DNA of 50,138 nucleotides from Pseudomonadota bacterium (lineage in GTDB: Bacteria > Pseudomonadota > Alphaproteobacteria > Ferrovibrionales > Ferrovibrionaceae), in the NCBI GenBank assembly GCA_021793055.1, contig JAJYTL010000001.1:1-50138 (forward strand). The letters run 5' to 3'. Position numbers and translations under genes: made by a program. The notes below the pieces were generated by a model, which saw nothing but the letters and a program-made list of their open reading frames with translations, did not search any database and was not told where the DNA came from. Positions 48,821-50,138 of this stretch are shown here, piece after piece. How positions within the stretch are numbered: position 1 is the stretch's first letter; every line of letters begins with the position of its first letter.

Positions 48821-49084
48821 ATGAAGTCCTCTTCCTCAAACGTGCTTTTGAAACTTCATACTTTTCGGATTTGCGCGAGCGCGGCCCACATTCTTCGGTC
48901 CTACATCGAGGATTTTCACCTCTTTGGCGGTGACGCAGTTTGCGATGCCGCCGCAGCGGCCTCCGATTTCCCCCTCGCGCGGGGTTGCCCGGCCTCAACC
49001 GAGGAAGCACGGCGTCACTTCCTTCCTAATCACATCCGCCGTCCCTGGAATATCCGCCGCTGGCGAGCCCGTCGGCAGCGGTGA
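48821..49084 (+). CDS. Hypothetical 87-aa ORF (weak call)
   Basis: A strong SD (AAAGGAG) lies 7 nt before ATG 48821. The composition is unremarkable, I recognise no family, and frame 0 is also open across it. Confidence 0.25.
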   Translation: MKSSSSNVLLKLHTFRICASAAHILRSYIEDFHLFGGDAVCDAAAAASDFPLARGCPASTEEARRHFLPNHIRRPWNIRRWRARRQR

Positions 49085-49193
49085 GGCTGCCCTCTTCACT
49101 TTCATCCCTTTGAACCTCGGAAGCGCCAGTCCGCGACATGCGGTCTGGCGCTTCAGGCATCCGCTCAGCACTTATTTCCGAAAGGTCATTTCC

Positions 49194-50138
49194 ATGCATC
49201 CCCTGTCCCACTCTCAAACTACCGCCCCCGACACGGCTCAAAACCAGTCACATCAACGATCCTCAGGCCCTGACGCTGGCCTTCCGGCCCTGCCGGACAA
49301 GGTCGGCTCTCCAAACGGCACGCACGCCGCCGTGCCACGAGGCCCGATGCCCGATGCCGCCGAACAAGCGGCGATCGATGCCGCCGTGGCGGAACGGCTC
49401 ACCGACCTCCTCGAGAAGGCCGAGCGCCGCGGCCGGTTTACCGTCCCGGAAGCCGAGCTTCTGCCGCAGGTCGGCAAAGAATTCGGCATCGCTTTAAACC
49501 TCATGGAGACCGTAGCCACTCGGCTCGGCGACACCGGCCAGGTCGGCCGCTCGTCAACCCGTCGCGGCCCGGTCCTTCATCGTGACCTGTCATCATCGGA
49601 ACGGACGGTCCGCGGGATCCTTCACGTGATCCTCGGATCCCAGCGGAACGCCCACGCCGCCCTGCCAAGGTCGGAGCTTACCGCCGCTGCGGAAAAGCTC
49701 CTTCTCTGCAGTGAACAAACGGTGCTGGAGGGTATCGACACGCTGATCGGAAAGTGCGTGCTCGTCGTGGAGCGGATCGACGGCGACTTCCTCGTCTTCA
49801 CCGCCGCCGCCCACAGCGCCGAGGTGGCGATGGTGAAGAATCTGATGCAGCTCACCACAACGCCCGCCATGAAGATCCCGCGACCACGGCGGATCCGAAA
49901 GACAATCGCGAGAGCGGAGAAACGCTCTCACCTTGTGCTCAATGCCGATCAGGCCGAGGCCATCGCCACCATTCTCCGGCATCCGGTCTCGATCGTGACC
50001 GGCGCCCCCGGCGTCGGCAAGACCACTGTCATCTGGGCGGCCGTGGACGCCTTGGCCAGGCTTTCTCAAGGAAAGCCAATTCTCTTGGCGGCACCGACCG
50101 GCAAGGCGGCGCGGCGGCTCTCTGAGGCGGCGAAACAA
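49194..50138 (+). CDS. RecD-like (AAA_30 / SF1) DNA helicase, N-terminal part; 3' end outside the window
   Basis: Hand translation (codons start at coordinates divisible by 3; absent from the track because no stop is reached) gives ...LNADQAEAIATILRHPVSIVTGAPGVGKTTVIWAAVDALARLSQGKPILLAAPTGKAARRLSEAAKQ. This is the RecD2/TraA-type Walker A region followed by the motif Ia region. The start is uncertain: ATG 49194, or upstream as far as 48945. Confidence 0.65.
   Translation, partial: MHPLSHSQTTAPDTAQNQSHQRSSGPDAGLPALPDKVGSPNGTHAAVPRGPMPDAAEQAAIDAAVAERLTDLLEKAERRGRFTVPEAELLPQVGKEFGIALNLMETVATRLGDTGQVGRSSTRRGPVLHRDLSSSERTVRGILHVILGSQRNAHAALPRSELTAAAEKLLLCSEQTVLEGIDTLIGKCVLVVERIDGDFLVFTAAAHSAEVAMVKNLMQLTTTPAMKIPRPRRIRKTIARAEKRSHLVLNADQAEAIATILRHPVSIVTGAPGVGKTTVIWAAVDALARLSQGKPILLAAPTGKAARRLSEAAKQ

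Noticed and set aside
49593-50138. 181-aa minus-strand ORF and several + strand alternative-frame ORFs (49138..49497, 49754..50125) at the window end
   Set aside because: They overlap the hand-translated helicase frame, which carries Walker A and RecD-type motifs. The alternatives have no motifs.

Overview
High-GC, alphaproteobacterium-like chromosomal window (Hyphomicrobiales-like gene content; taxonomy not verifiable here). 1-17 kb holds mixed genes: an MFS transporter fragment, a degenerate cold-shock-domain protein, RNase P RNA (minus strand), an AmpD-like amidase, a fused HyuA-HyuB 5-oxoprolinase, a phosphoesterase, an SDR, a three-gene molybdopterin oxidoreductase set with no Tat signal, an orphan membrane histidine kinase and a small secreted protein. 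17.4-43.7 kb looks like a nitrogen-scavenging locus. It contains urtABCDE-ureDABCEFG plus an amidase-signature gene, all on the + strand. It also has a RutB-like cysteine hydrolase divergent from a BMP-family ABC transporter, and a TauE/MBL-fold pair. The last module is a cupin with two tandem BiuH/N-carbamoylsarcosine-amidase-like cysteine hydrolases, next to a split hydantoinase (hyuA/hyuB). I read four near-consensus sigma-54 (-24/-12) promoters directly from the sequence, each correctly oriented upstream of one of these modules. This shared control is the main candidate for an undescribed cyclic-ureide nitrogen-salvage pathway feeding urease. 43.9-46 kb carries a stand-alone tatA, a secreted hypothetical, enoyl-CoA hydratase and rpsT with a clean terminator. 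From 46.5 kb the region is rearranged: a rhodanese gene is cut by an IS110/IS1111-type element with 12-bp inverted repeats. The other side of that element abuts a truncated IS630 transposase, followed by a lower-GC unassigned stretch and a RecD-like helicase gene that runs off the window. No rRNA, tRNA or CRISPR array was recognised. Many long ORFs in the track are antisense or alternative-frame artefacts of high GC and were not called.
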